DNA of 64,000 nucleotides from an uncultured bacterium (GTDB lineage Bacteria; Fidelibacterota; UBA2242), in the NCBI GenBank assembly GCA_964589175.1, contig CAZPRY010000014.1, positions 6,779 through 70,778 on the forward strand. The letters are read 5' to 3'. A model generated the notes under the pieces. That model ran no database searches, was not told the origin of the DNA, and was given only the letters and a program-made list of their open reading frames with translations. A program made the translations under genes and the position numbers. Of the stretch, positions 18,287-29,479 are shown one piece after another; positions within the stretch are counted from its first letter, which is position 1, and each line of letters begins with the position of its first letter.

Positions 18287-21200
18287 TTAAAACCTCAGGG
18301 ACACACCCAGCCTGATGATTCTGGGAATGCTGTAATTATAAGGATTGGTATAATAGGCCTTCCGCAGATTCATGTGCACTGCATAAGCATCCTCGGCCGA
18401 AGTGATCCGCCGGCCCGTCATGGGGTCGGTCTGACCGATATAACGTGCATAGCGCGAACTTTCGAACACGGGATTGCGCCCGGGATCATCGGCCAAGCCG
18501 GTATATTGATACACCTGCGCAATATTGAGCTTGGCAAACAGGTTGCGCACATCGGCATAGAAACTTAACACGGTCCTGCCGAAGAGCGGTAAATATTTCT
18601 CCACACGCAGGTCGAAACGCGTTCCCGACGGCATACGTTTGGAGCCCAGTTCAAGCGGCTTGTCGTAGATATCGACCGGCGTATAAGGCGCCCCCGAATT
18701 GATGATCGCCTGCAGGTTGGCATTGAAATTGGACAGCGGGTGCAGCCCGAAAATCTTCGGCCCTTTCTGCGCAGGAATGAAATAATTGATATTGGCCTTC
18801 AGCGAATGGGTAATATCGAATTCCAGCGGGTATTCCTTGGCCGGCAACGGACGGTCGGCCTCGTAGATATACATATAATAGTATTCGCGGCTCGACGAAC
18901 CGGTGCCCTTGGCATTCAGGTAGGAATAATTGACTTCACCCGTAAAGCCGTAAAAATTGCGGAAGGTGAATTTGAAATCCATGCCCTTGATCTTGGCGAA
19001 ATCCTCCACCTCCTGGAAGGTCACCGTAGCGACATTGCCTTCGAAAATCGTGTTGTAGGTCCGGGTCGCCAGCAGGTTTTCAACGTCCTTATAAAAGGCC
19101 GAAACCTCGATGGCCAGGTCCGGGGTGACGGAGTGTTTTAAACCGACTTCATAGGCCGTGGTTTTCTGCGGCTCGATATCGGGATTGCCGACCAGAGGAT
19201 AGCCGCTGGTCAGGTCCGTATAGAGGTTCTGGTAAATTTCGCCCAATTCCGGCATCATGAAGAAATGGCCGTAGTTCGCAAACATGGCCGTTTGATCGGA
19301 CACGGCAAAACTGATTCCGAAACGCGGGCTGATCTGATATTTGGGCTTCGCGTTTTTGTAATCGACATTACCGTCCCCTTCGGTCCCGCCGGGATTGGCG
19401 GTCACACTATAATTGTCGCCGTGCGGATCGGGATTCAGAATAGCATCGTAACCGGATTCTTTTTCATCGGTGAGGCCGTCGGAACCGGGATCGAATTCAT
19501 CCGGGTCCCACAAAGCCTTGGCATGCGGATGGAAATAGTCCGTTCGCGCCCCGATATGGAAGATCAGGTCCTCGTATTCGAAGCGATCCTCCAGCCAGAC
19601 GGCGGCTGTAGTCGGATGATACTTGTACGAATCGAAATAGGGATTGCGGTTCAGAAATTGCATATCCAGATATCTCAAATCGCTGAATTTCAGCAGCCCG
19701 CCGAATTTGATCTCGTTGTACATATTCACCTGTGAATTCAGGTGAAACTCGCTCGCATAATGTTTGGTGTCCTGTTTATGAAACCAGGGGGAACCGGGGC
19801 CATAGGTAAAAACGTTGAACAAATCCCTATCCCAGGAAAAACCGCTGTGCAGGTCGCCGTTGTAGCCCCACAGATCGTTAACCGTCTGCGAATCCGGGTG
19901 CGCGAAAAGATAATCCGAGTAGAGGTCGATGTCGAAATCGCGCATATAAACGCCGTTGTCACTGGGGTTGTACCAGGCGGATGTCGGTTCCAGATCGCTG
20001 GGAATATACCAGTAGGCCGCATCGTGGTAGCGCTGATTCAGAGCCTCCGCCTCGCTCTGCGGACTGTTCCAGCTGCCCGCCGCGAGATCGTAATAACCGC
20101 GGTTGGCATAGTAGTAATAAAAAGCCTGATCTTCGTAACTCGCGGAACTCAGCGCCGAGCCGTCCGGCAACCGGTAAAAATCTTTGATCAGCGGAATATT
20201 GCGTGCATCCACAATCGCGTTCCACTCGCGCGTCTCGGGATCGTACCAGCCATTGCCGATGGCTCCGTCGTTTTTATTCATCCAATCCAGGCGCGAAGAC
20301 AGGTAATGAAAGTCCCTATAGTTCTGCCCTTCGCCGGAGCTGAAATTGCTGTAGGTATTGAAATAATAGGCTAAAAACTCCCAGGCCGTATTTTTGGATA
20401 TGCTGTTTTGCACTTTCAGGCTTAGGCGGCTGTGGCCGTTTTCACGACCGTAATAGGACCGCAGCCAGTCGCCGTAACTGATATTGTGTTTATAGAGCAG
20501 TTCATCTTCACGGCTGAAACTGCCCTGCACCGTGACTTTGAAAGCCGAATTATCGGGGGAATAAACCAGCTTCGCCGTTCCGTTCGGCGCGAGGACGCTG
20601 TTATGCTGCTGCGGAAACGGTTTGGGATTGCGATCGGCCGTGTTCTCGTAGGTGCCCGAGATAAAATAGGTCAGGTTGCGCTTCGTAAGAGGAACCGGAC
20701 CGCTGAGATTGGCACGTGTTTTATGATAGCCGAAATCGGCGTCCGGGTCCAGTTTGCTGCCCCAGGAGTCCGACTCATATTCGATGTTTCCGGCGTGACG
20801 GGAGCTGCGTCCTTCCTTGGTAATGATGTTTACCGCCCCGGACATGGCCTCGCCGTATTCCGCCGAAAATCCTCCGGTCGAAATCACGATCTGTTCGATG
20901 GCGTTGTTATCGATCTCAATCCCGACGCCCTGCGAAACGGGATCGTTGGTATTGATGCCGTCCACAAAGAAAGCCACCTCGCCCGCGCGCCCGCCGCGCA
21001 GGTGCAGGCCCCGCGAATTCCCGGCTTCGGTTTCGATGGCTCCGGCGCTGTTGGCCAACACCTCGGTAAAATCGGAAACCGGCATGCGTTTGATCTCCTC
21101 GCCCTTGACCTCGCGCTGGGCTACCGGTGAACGCACGGCAATGATGGCCCGCTTGGCTTCGGCGACCACCTCCACTGCCTGTCCTTCAATAGCCTCCACT

Positions 21201-21535
21201 TTCAGTTCCGCATTCATGACCGTTGTCTGCCCCGGAAAAACCGATAGCCCGGTTGTCAGTTTGCTACCGTAGCCGATGTAGGTGACGCGCACGTCATAGG
21301 TGCCGGCCAGTACGTTCGGGATGAGGTAATCCCCATCTTCGTTGGTCGCCGCACCTTTGGACAACTCTGCAGGAAGAATTATAACGTTGGCACCATACAG
21401 CGGATTGCCGTTATCGGCATCCACGACACGACCGCGAAGTTTGCCGGCGACACGATCGGATTGGGCATAGGCATCTGAGCCCAGCAGGAATATCAATAAA
21501 ACAAAAAGTTGAGGAAGGTAACTCTTAAGTCTCAA
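18287..21535 (-). CDS. TonB-dependent receptor, SusC-sized, with N-terminal carboxypeptidase-regulatory-like domain. Paralog of 29480..32572.
   Basis: Signal peptide. TonB-box-like VEVVA. Plug-domain end TGGFSAEYGEAMSGAVNIITKEG. C-terminal …GVSLRF. Confidence 0.8.
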   Translation of the reverse strand: MRLKSYLPQLFVLLIFLLGSDAYAQSDRVAGKLRGRVVDADNGNPLYGANVIILPAELSKGAATNEDGDYLIPNVLAGTYDVRVTYIGYGSKLTTGLSVFPGQTTVMNAELKVEAIEGQAVEVVAEAKRAIIAVRSPVAQREVKGEEIKRMPVSDFTEVLANSAGAIETEAGNSRGLHLRGGRAGEVAFFVDGINTNDPVSQGVGIEIDNNAIEQIVISTGGFSAEYGEAMSGAVNIITKEGRSSRHAGNIEYESDSWGSKLDPDADFGYHKTRANLSGPVPLTKRNLTYFISGTYENTADRNPKPFPQQHNSVLAPNGTAKLVYSPDNSAFKVTVQGSFSREDELLYKHNISYGDWLRSYYGRENGHSRLSLKVQNSISKNTAWEFLAYYFNTYSNFSSGEGQNYRDFHYLSSRLDWMNKNDGAIGNGWYDPETREWNAIVDARNIPLIKDFYRLPDGSALSSASYEDQAFYYYYANRGYYDLAAGSWNSPQSEAEALNQRYHDAAYWYIPSDLEPTSAWYNPSDNGVYMRDFDIDLYSDYLFAHPDSQTVNDLWGYNGDLHSGFSWDRDLFNVFTYGPGSPWFHKQDTKHYASEFHLNSQVNMYNEIKFGGLLKFSDLRYLDMQFLNRNPYFDSYKYHPTTAAVWLEDRFEYEDLIFHIGARTDYFHPHAKALWDPDEFDPGSDGLTDEKESGYDAILNPDPHGDNYSVTANPGGTEGDGNVDYKNAKPKYQISPRFGISFAVSDQTAMFANYGHFFMMPELGEIYQNLYTDLTSGYPLVGNPDIEPQKTTAYEVGLKHSVTPDLAIEVSAFYKDVENLLATRTYNTIFEGNVATVTFQEVEDFAKIKGMDFKFTFRNFYGFTGEVNYSYLNAKGTGSSSREYYYMYIYEADRPLPAKEYPLEFDITHSLKANINYFIPAQKGPKIFGLHPLSNFNANLQAIINSGAPYTPVDIYDKPLELGSKRMPSGTRFDLRVEKYLPLFGRTVLSFYADVRNLFAKLNIAQVYQYTGLADDPGRNPVFESSRYARYIGQTDPMTGRRITSAEDAYAVHMNLRKAYYTNPYNYSIPRIIRLGVSLRF

Positions 21536-21762
21536 CTTATACCTCCTGACATATATATCTAATCTATTTTTTACGAATTGTGAACTGATACTATGATCGG
21601 CACAGTACCGAATTCACCCCTTGCTACGCAATTAACAAAAAAGCAGAATTTAAATCAAGAATAATATTAGTTTAGAACCGCAAATTGTGACATTACACAA
21701 CCGTACACAGGCGCTGATCCGGGAAATCCGCCCGAAGAATGTAAAATTGTATTTAGGGCCGT

Positions 21763-24700
21763 CTATCGCGCTATAAAAACCGCCAGTTTCCCTGTTTTAA
21801 TTCCGTAACTGCCCATATCGACATGGTAGATGTAAATTCCGCTGGCGACCGGCTTGCCGTATTCATTCTGCAAATCCCAGCGCAGAAAAGGTGTCGACGG
21901 ATCGTCCTTCTCATAGCGGCGGATCAGGTTTCCGGCCAGATCGAAGATGCGAAGTGTGCATTTCCCCGGCAAATATGTAAACTGCACCCATTGCTCGTCG
22001 CCCTTTTCCTGATTATGCGCAACATAATAAGGATTGGGCACCACCCGAATTTTATCCAGATCCGCCGCTAAACGGGACGCATCGACGGTCCTGCCCGCAG
22101 GCGCCGTGAAGCAAAAGACATCATTTTCCGTCGGCGGTTTGGCGGTGACAATCCGAATCCATTCCCCGGCATGCGGTGGCCCCAGGAAAAACCCGTTGCT
22201 ATCCAGATCCCCGGGTTGGGCATAGTGATCAATATCTGTGTACATGTTAATCATAAAATGATTAATGGCCGGATTGGTTCCATCCGACGCACTGAAACCG
22301 GGACTAAGTTTTCCGTTATCAGCGGCAATGTAAGCGGCCGCTTGCGCCGGTTTGTACTCGACATCATCATAAATATAGAGAAGTTCGAAAGCTGGCCCGT
22401 ATTGCCCCTCCAGGCTCCTGCTCCATCGCCCGTCACCATTAGTATCGAGAATACAAACCGGCAGGCGTATACGCGTTCCGTCAGGATCGATACGCCAGAC
22501 GACAAATGGGACAAAGTCCGCTTTCCCGCTCAGGGGACTTTTCAATACCCGGAACGTCGGATATTCCCACACCAGCGTGCTGTCCGCATCGCTGAAGATG
22601 AGATCATAATCCTTGGGCGTCATCCGGCCATATTGATCGATACGCGCGAGGTCCGTCCCGGTATCTTCCGAAATCACAAAAACCGGCCAGTGCTGCGAGC
22701 GTCCGTAGTTGTTCAAACTACTCCATAACCTGCTATCGTAAACTTCGCCGCTGGCCGGATCCAGTTCGACCATGGCTTTGATACCGGGAGATAACGAGGC
22801 TACTTTCACCAGGAGACCGTCGACGACCGTGTAGGCTTCATCACCCCGTATATTCGTCTGAGCGGCCAGCACCGTACAATCATCGGTTTCATCGATCAGA
22901 TCCCAGGTCGGCCCTGTGCTTGATTCTAGAAAAAATACACGATATTCGTGCCCCGTCGTATGGGAAGGGTCGGCGACGATGACGATCAGTTCCACGTCAT
23001 TCGCCACTAAATCAGGATTGATCGGCTCGTAGCGTACTGCAATCGTATCGCCGTAAGTTGAACCGTAGACCACGCCGGGCTCCGCCCGCGGGATTACCCG
23101 CAGAATCGCCGGCTTACTCTGCAAAATCTCCGGGTCGCTGTATCGCAGATATGATTCCGCCACAACACCGAAGTAATATTCCTTGCCATTCACCAACGGA
23201 AAACCCTCGTCTTTAAAATCCGGGCGATGGTTTTTCGTAATCCGGATATGACGCGGCCCCGTATATTCCTGCGCCTCGCCGGGATCGCTCAGATGCCAGC
23301 GTGCAATTTCCAACGGATCGCTGCCGTCCTCGTCGGCGTATTGATAAACCGCATAGCCGTAGAAATTGTAGACGGCATCATCGATGATATACTCTTCCAG
23401 CGTATCGCCACCCACTACCGTCCGCAGGGTATCACCGAGGTAATAGCGGGCAAACACATCCGGACTTTCGTAAGGTGTTCCGTCGGCGTTCTGTTCCGGC
23501 CCAGCGTCCCAGCTGAGTACACATTCATTAGCGTATTCAGTCATTGTAACTTGCGGAATGGCCGGTGGCCGGGCAACCTGGAAATCGGCATCGTAGAGGA
23601 GTTCCAGTTTTTGCGCCATTTTCTTGAGATGGGTGACGCTATTAAGATTGTTGCTTCCACGCGCCACCAGAACCGCCGCAATGATTTCCTGGACGCCCGG
23701 CTCGCCCAAATCGGGCCGCGCGTTGCCGTTCGCGTCCTCCCAGCGCGGCAGGTCGAAGGGACCGGTTCCGATCAGCATTCGTCTATCATCCGGATGACTA
23801 TCCAACCAGCCGGTATGGGTCTCCGGATCGCCCGGGAACATATACCGCGTGGGCGGAGCATCTTCATTAGCCCCATGTTCCCCATCATTCGTCATATTTG
23901 TTCCATCTCTCCAGCGGCCGGTCAAATAGCGATAGGCATCGGAGGCAGTTTGCGGATTCCCATGAATATTATCGCTGCCGATATAATACGAGAAGGACGT
24001 CATTCCCATATCGTGATCGCCGGAATTCTCACCGGCGTCTGTCGTCGTGACACCTTCTAAAATCATAAAGCCAACGGCAGGCGGATCTTCCCCATAATTC
24101 TGATCGTAATTACTGGCATTATAGCAAAATCCCAGATTCAGCAGCGTATCGCAGCCTAGAAGATCATCCGATGCATCTCCTACGTCCGGATCAGCCCAAA
24201 TGGCAAAATAAACAGCACTCCAATCCGAATCGCTTTTATTCACCAATTGCCACTTCACAAAGATTACATCTTGAAGTATATCCTTGCGATCATAAGCCCA
24301 CACTGTTTGCCGAATTTCCACGCCCAGCGCCTCGCTGCCAAATTCTTTATGGTCTGTCAAGTCGTTGTATACACTGAAGATGGTCCGGTTGCCCAATAAA
24401 AACGGCTCGCCTCCTTCAGCCAGCGGTGCACCCTGATCGACCGGCCATTCATTCCAGTCGCCGCTCCTGTCGGAATATATTTCGTACCAACGATATTTCG
24501 GATCGTTTGAATCCGAGGCCTCGCCGGGTGAGATAATTTCTCCCGGTTTAAATTCCGTCGCTGAATGTTGAACTCCGGCGACTTTGATTTCATCTCCCTT
24601 CTTAAAGGCAATCCATTGTCCGGCGCCAAAGACCGGACTGAGTCCCGATCCCTTGGGCCATTCCAGACCCCAATCCCCCAGAGTCTTATCGTAAAACCAG

Positions 24701-24849
24701 ATACCGTTGTTGTAAAATACGCCCTTCAGGCGGTTGATATCCATCCAGACTTCAGAGGCAGCGTCGGTCGCAGTGGCCCGGGATACCGAGTCGTTATGAC
24801 CGAATACAGGAAAGCAGGGAAAAAGGAAAAGCAGGAAGATTATTTTCAT
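21763..24849 (-). CDS. Large T9SS cargo protein with variant CTD, paralog of 26289..29450. Start placed at the internal Met, MKIIFLLFLFPCFPVFG.
   Basis: Shared GLEWPKGSGLSPVFGAGQWIA…HSATEF…DPKYRWYE blocks. CTD VVPNPYYVAH…RIFDLAGNLI…GIYIYHV…GKLAVFIAR. Confidence 0.7.
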   Translation of the reverse strand: MKIIFLLFLFPCFPVFGHNDSVSRATATDAASEVWMDINRLKGVFYNNGIWFYDKTLGDWGLEWPKGSGLSPVFGAGQWIAFKKGDEIKVAGVQHSATEFKPGEIISPGEASDSNDPKYRWYEIYSDRSGDWNEWPVDQGAPLAEGGEPFLLGNRTIFSVYNDLTDHKEFGSEALGVEIRQTVWAYDRKDILQDVIFVKWQLVNKSDSDWSAVYFAIWADPDVGDASDDLLGCDTLLNLGFCYNASNYDQNYGEDPPAVGFMILEGVTTTDAGENSGDHDMGMTSFSYYIGSDNIHGNPQTASDAYRYLTGRWRDGTNMTNDGEHGANEDAPPTRYMFPGDPETHTGWLDSHPDDRRMLIGTGPFDLPRWEDANGNARPDLGEPGVQEIIAAVLVARGSNNLNSVTHLKKMAQKLELLYDADFQVARPPAIPQVTMTEYANECVLSWDAGPEQNADGTPYESPDVFARYYLGDTLRTVVGGDTLEEYIIDDAVYNFYGYAVYQYADEDGSDPLEIARWHLSDPGEAQEYTGPRHIRITKNHRPDFKDEGFPLVNGKEYYFGVVAESYLRYSDPEILQSKPAILRVIPRAEPGVVYGSTYGDTIAVRYEPINPDLVANDVELIVIVADPSHTTGHEYRVFFLESSTGPTWDLIDETDDCTVLAAQTNIRGDEAYTVVDGLLVKVASLSPGIKAMVELDPASGEVYDSRLWSSLNNYGRSQHWPVFVISEDTGTDLARIDQYGRMTPKDYDLIFSDADSTLVWEYPTFRVLKSPLSGKADFVPFVVWRIDPDGTRIRLPVCILDTNGDGRWSRSLEGQYGPAFELLYIYDDVEYKPAQAAAYIAADNGKLSPGFSASDGTNPAINHFMINMYTDIDHYAQPGDLDSNGFFLGPPHAGEWIRIVTAKPPTENDVFCFTAPAGRTVDASRLAADLDKIRVVPNPYYVAHNQEKGDEQWVQFTYLPGKCTLRIFDLAGNLIRRYEKDDPSTPFLRWDLQNEYGKPVASGIYIYHVDMGSYGIKTGKLAVFIAR

Positions 24850-25144
24850 CCGGGATTTTAAGCGCAGATCAACCAGATCGATCTTAAGAATCACCGGACA
24901 CAGCATTGACGTTAAGAATAACAGGGTGGTCGTGACGATGGATACGTAATTGCGAGGATTTGACCTATTCCAGAGGATCGCGCAGAAGAGCGTCCCCGTG
25001 ATAAAAAGGCAGCAGATGTATGCTAATCTCTTCATTCCCCCTCCATCGATTTAGCATACGGCCAGAGAACCGGCCACGGAAATTATCTTTAAGGCAATCT
25101 ATAAACAATAATTCGAATTTTCAACTGCAATGATCCAGGGGCAT

Positions 25145-25174
25145 AAAAAAAAGCGGCAGTGAAACCACTGCCGC
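25145..25174 (-). terminator. Rho-independent terminator after PorV-like copy 2.
   Basis: gcggcagtg-gtttc-actgccgc hairpin followed by T8 on the minus strand. Confidence 0.75.
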
Positions 25175-25206
25175 TTTCAGGATGCTTTATGCTATCCAGT
25201 CAAGAA

Positions 25207-26244
25207 CTAGAAGGCGAAGCTAACCGAGAAATACTGGTTGGCATCAAAAATGTCCATCGGCCGATTGGCATAATCGAACATGATTTTGTTGCCGCCCATA
25301 TTCAGATTCAAACCGAACCCGAAAGTGAGACCATACTGTGCTTTTTCGTAGCCACTCTCGTAGTCCTCAGGATAGAGCGTCATCATGTAGCCGCCTCTGA
25401 GGAAGAGCATATCGTTCAACGAATACTCCGCACCGGTCGAGATAGCATCGAGCATGAACGTATTGTTGGAATAGGCGCCGGCCAGACTGAGTTTGTGCAT
25501 AGTGCCAAAATTCATCGTGTAACCGAGACCCATGTTCATGCTGGCCGGCAGTTCTTCTTCGGCCAGATCCAGTTTGGTCTTACGGGATGTCGCAGTCGGA
25601 CCGGCCCATGGTACCGAACTATCAAATTCGATACCGGTTCCGTCCCACTGCAGTTTGCTGCCGATATTTCTCATCGTTACGCCGAAAGCAATACCGAACG
25701 GCGAAACATACTGCAGACCGAAATCAAAGGCAACGGCGGAAGCGCTCATATTGCCAACCTTCTCGGATATCATCTTGGCATTCGTGCCAAAACTGATACG
25801 ATCCGTGAAACGATTGGAATAGGTTGCCGTGACCGTCAGATAATCCGGGCTCAGCATCTCGCCGGTTCCTTCCGGCATATCAATCGTGGTGACTTCGATC
25901 TCGCCGATATCCATAACCTGGAAAGCGATACCGACTGCACCCGACCGGCCGACGCGTGCGCCGGCAGCCAGGTACGATACTTTCATATCCGCAAAATACT
26001 GCATGTAGTTGAAGGTTGCGGAAGCGACATTCATCTTGGCCAGACCCGCTGGATTCCAATAAATACCTTCTGCACCTCCCACATTGGCGATATTTGCTCC
26101 TCCCAAGGCCACATTACGCGCCCCCATAGGGATAAACAATTCGGGAGCAGCGCTTGTGCCGACCTTAGGAGCGCTCGCAAAAACGCTCTGCGAACCAATG
26201 AGGAGCAGTATTAAAAGCCCAATCAAAATATATCTTCTACTCAT
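25207..26244 (-). CDS. PorV/PorQ-family outer-membrane protein, copy 2.
   Basis: Signal peptide (MSRRYILIGLLILLLIGSQSVFA). GARNVALGGANIANVGGAEGIYWNPAGL signature. Ends SVSFAF. Confidence 0.7.
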   Translation of the reverse strand: MSRRYILIGLLILLLIGSQSVFASAPKVGTSAAPELFIPMGARNVALGGANIANVGGAEGIYWNPAGLAKMNVASATFNYMQYFADMKVSYLAAGARVGRSGAVGIAFQVMDIGEIEVTTIDMPEGTGEMLSPDYLTVTATYSNRFTDRISFGTNAKMISEKVGNMSASAVAFDFGLQYVSPFGIAFGVTMRNIGSKLQWDGTGIEFDSSVPWAGPTATSRKTKLDLAEEELPASMNMGLGYTMNFGTMHKLSLAGAYSNNTFMLDAISTGAEYSLNDMLFLRGGYMMTLYPEDYESGYEKAQYGLTFGFGLNLNMGGNKIMFDYANRPMDIFDANQYFSVSFAF

Positions 26245-26288
26245 ATTACATCTCCCATTTTTAAGTCCGTAATTCATTTTCATACCCA

Positions 26289-29200
26289 TTAATAGGTATC
26301 CAATCGTTCGTTCGGGGCAAAGACGGCAATCTTACCAACCTTCTCACCGACATCCGGAACTTCAATATGGAAAATGTAGATGCCGCTAGCAACCGGAATC
26401 TCATACTCGTTTTCCAGGTCCCATTTCAGTAGGGTGTAGGTATCGTCTTTTTCCAACTTACGGATTGGGTTACCAGCCAGGTCGAAGATTCTGATTGTAC
26501 ATTTCGGCGGTACGTTCGTGAATTGGACCCACCGCTCGAAGATGTTGGCTTCACCGCTATGATATCCGTAGTACGGGTTCGGAACGACACGGATATTTTC
26601 CATATCGGCTTTCAGGTCCTCATTCGTACTTGTGACCGCCGCTGGAGCCGTAAACGTGAAGACATCATTCGTGGTATTCGGCTTATAGGTGTTGAGTCTC
26701 ATCCATTCACCGGCATGCGGAGGTCCGTAAAAATAGCCGTCGGCATCCAGATCACCGGCCGCAGCGTACCCGTCAAGGTCGATATACATGTTGATCATGA
26801 AACGGTTGATTGCCGGATATACGACACCATAAGGGCCGTATCCAGGAGCAACGGTGCCGTCATTGGTGGAGATGTAGGTAGCGACATCGGCCGGTTTATA
26901 CTCCGCATTGTCATAGATATAGAACATATCGAAAGCCGGGCCATATATACCGTCCGGGTTTCTATTCCAGATTCCATCTCCGGCGGCATCCAGCACGCAG
27001 ACCGTAATCCGCATCCGGGTACCGTCCGGATCGATACGCCAGAAGGTAGCCGGTACGAAAGCGGGTTTGCCATTCGAATCAACCAGTACGAGATCGGTGT
27101 AGTAGTCCCAAACCAGTGTACTATCCGTATCAGTAAAGATGATCTCGTAGTCTTTGGGAGTCATCAAACCGAAGCGGTCCATACGGGCATAGTCGGTTCC
27201 GGCGCTTTCCGAAATAACGAATACCGGCCAATGCTGCGAACGTCCGTAGTTGTTCAGACTGCCCATCAGGCGGGTATCATATACCGCACCGGTGGCCGGA
27301 TCGATTTCAACGATCGATTTGATGCCGGGCAGCGGACCTGCTACCTTGACCAACAGACCATCGACAACGGTGTAGGCATCATCGTTTTCCTGGTTGACCT
27401 GATCGGCAAGTACGACCGTATTGGTCGTCATATCCCACAGATCCCAGATGATATTGCCTTCGCCGTCATCCTTGAACTTGACGCCGTAGTCGTGTCCGGT
27501 AACTTCGGCAGGATCCACCACAATGGCGGTGACACCACCGTCACCGGCGGGAATACCGGCGTTCACCGGGACATAACCGACTTCCAGAGTATCGCCCTCG
27601 GAAGAGTTGTAACGTACACCCGGATGCTGCTGGGGCGTCACTTTTACTTTCGTGATCGGGCTGGGCAGGGTCTGCGGTCTGGCAAACTTACAATAGGAGT
27701 AAGCCTGAACGCCAAAGTAGTATTCTTTGCCGTTCGCCAGCGGATCGCCGACATTGCCGACCTTGGAGTTTTTATTGGTGCGCAATATAGCAAAACGCGG
27801 ACCGGTGTAAGCCACCGCATCGGCCGGATCGGCAACCCCGTAACGGGCGTATTCAACCGGATCACTACCGGATCCATCCGTAAACTGCCATACGACGTAC
27901 TCGGAGAAGTTGAAGGTACCGTCGGTAACGTCTACATAGTCATAACCGACGACGATCTTCTGACCGACGAGACCGTTGGCTACCAGGTCTTCAACGTCAT
28001 AGAGGCTGATGCCGTCCGGCATATACTCTGAACGCTGGTCCCAGGTCAGGATGACATGTCCGTCGAGCTCGCTGGACTTTACGACCGGTTGAGCCGGCGC
28101 CGGCGGAAGCACGAAGTTAATGTCATACGCCAGCTGGGCGATTTCATCAACAGCCTTCAAAACAGTCACACTGTTGAGGTTGTTGGAACCTTTGGCCAGA
28201 ATGATACCGCAGACGATTTCCTGCACACCGGTTTCACCGAAATCCGGCAGATTATTGCCGTTTTCGTCGTCCCACATCGGCATGGTGAAAGGTCCGGTCG
28301 TCATCAGGAAACGACGGTCATCCGGGTTCTGATCCAGCCAGCCCGTATCGCTCTCCGGATCGCCGGGGAACATAAACGTGGTCGCCGGGTAGGATTGATC
28401 GATGCCGTTACCTCCATCATTGGTGATGAAGGTACCATCGCGCCAGATACCGCGGAAGAAGTTCCAGACGTCGCCGCCGCTCTGCGGGTTACCCTGCGGG
28501 GAATCATTGTTATTATAGTACACAAAAGAGGTCATTTTGAGCATCGTGAAATCATCCAGAACCGTGCCGTCCGGCAGCGAAACCGTCGAGCCGGCTTCGG
28601 GGACGATCGGTCCCTGGAAAAAGTCGATACCCAAGGCCGGCGGCGCCGAACCGTAGTTCTGATCGGCATCCGTCGAGTTGTAGCACATACCCAGGCCGAG
28701 AAGACTATCGCAACCAACGAAGTCATCATTGGCGTCTCCCAGATCCGGATCGGACCAGATCGAGAAGTAGGTATCCGCCCAATCTTTATCGCTCTTGTTG
28801 GCAATCTGCCACTTGATAAAGATCATATCGCCGATAGCATCGGCGCGGTTGAAGGCCCAGGCCATCTGGCGAACTTCGGCGCCGAGTTTCGCGGTGGCGT
28901 ACTCGGTATGATCGGCCAGATCGTTATAGACACACCAGGCCGTCTGGTCGCCGATCATCATCGGATTGCCGTCGGCATCCACCGGGGCGCCCTGATCGGT
29001 CGGCCAATTGCTCCAGTCGCCTGTTCCATCGGAACGCAGCTCGTACCAGCGATATTTCGGATCGTTGCGGTTGTCAGCCACGCCCGGGCTCAGGATCATA
29101 CCCGGCATGAATTCCGTGGCGGAGTGCTGAATACCGGCAACGCGCGGTACACCGTCCACCATGGCCCCGATCCACTGACCGGCGCCAAAGATAGGGCTCA

Positions 29201-29423
29201 GGCCCGATCCCTGCGGCCATTCGAGACCCCAGTCACCCAGGATATTGTCGTAGAACCAGGTCCCGTTATTGCGCATAACCCCGTTCATTCGGTTGGCATT
29301 GATCCAGATATCACTGGTAACGCCGGTTTTCCCGAGATAGCGGGGTTGATCAATAGCTTCGGCACCGAATACCAGCGTCGAAACCATCAATAAAAGCATA
29401 GAGATTATTAGAATCTTCTTCAT
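26289..29423 (-). CDS. Large T9SS cargo protein with variant CTD, paralog of 21763..24849. Start placed at the internal Met, MKKILIISMLLL.
   Basis: Same conserved blocks as above. CTD VVPNPYYGYH…RIFDLAGNPI…GIYIFHI…GKIAVFAPNERLDTY. Confidence 0.7.
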   Translation of the reverse strand: MKKILIISMLLLMVSTLVFGAEAIDQPRYLGKTGVTSDIWINANRMNGVMRNNGTWFYDNILGDWGLEWPQGSGLSPIFGAGQWIGAMVDGVPRVAGIQHSATEFMPGMILSPGVADNRNDPKYRWYELRSDGTGDWSNWPTDQGAPVDADGNPMMIGDQTAWCVYNDLADHTEYATAKLGAEVRQMAWAFNRADAIGDMIFIKWQIANKSDKDWADTYFSIWSDPDLGDANDDFVGCDSLLGLGMCYNSTDADQNYGSAPPALGIDFFQGPIVPEAGSTVSLPDGTVLDDFTMLKMTSFVYYNNNDSPQGNPQSGGDVWNFFRGIWRDGTFITNDGGNGIDQSYPATTFMFPGDPESDTGWLDQNPDDRRFLMTTGPFTMPMWDDENGNNLPDFGETGVQEIVCGIILAKGSNNLNSVTVLKAVDEIAQLAYDINFVLPPAPAQPVVKSSELDGHVILTWDQRSEYMPDGISLYDVEDLVANGLVGQKIVVGYDYVDVTDGTFNFSEYVVWQFTDGSGSDPVEYARYGVADPADAVAYTGPRFAILRTNKNSKVGNVGDPLANGKEYYFGVQAYSYCKFARPQTLPSPITKVKVTPQQHPGVRYNSSEGDTLEVGYVPVNAGIPAGDGGVTAIVVDPAEVTGHDYGVKFKDDGEGNIIWDLWDMTTNTVVLADQVNQENDDAYTVVDGLLVKVAGPLPGIKSIVEIDPATGAVYDTRLMGSLNNYGRSQHWPVFVISESAGTDYARMDRFGLMTPKDYEIIFTDTDSTLVWDYYTDLVLVDSNGKPAFVPATFWRIDPDGTRMRITVCVLDAAGDGIWNRNPDGIYGPAFDMFYIYDNAEYKPADVATYISTNDGTVAPGYGPYGVVYPAINRFMINMYIDLDGYAAAGDLDADGYFYGPPHAGEWMRLNTYKPNTTNDVFTFTAPAAVTSTNEDLKADMENIRVVPNPYYGYHSGEANIFERWVQFTNVPPKCTIRIFDLAGNPIRKLEKDDTYTLLKWDLENEYEIPVASGIYIFHIEVPDVGEKVGKIAVFAPNERLDTY

Positions 29424-29479
29424 AAATCTTCCTCCAATATTACACAACATTAAATCCCCTGATTATATCCCACACTCTA

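Noticed and set aside
24850-25035. N-terminal 62 codons of the 1090-aa ORF (MKRLAYICC…).
   Set aside because: A canonical signal peptide begins at the internal Met (MKIIFLLFLFPCFPVFG). The upstream extension lacks one and is likely non-coding. The same logic applies to 26289..29450 (start at MKKIL), 25207..26289 (start at MSRRY), 58130..59155 (start at MVKRF) and the Memo-like gene.
26523-29393. Long plus-strand ORFs (502 aa and 445 aa; similarly 30461..31813, 33274..34443, 11141..11995, 19742..20374, 37816..38829, 226..1068).
   Set aside because: These lie antisense inside well-supported minus-strand genes in GC-rich DNA. Their translations are low-complexity and Arg/Gly/Val-rich with no motifs. 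They are shadow ORFs.
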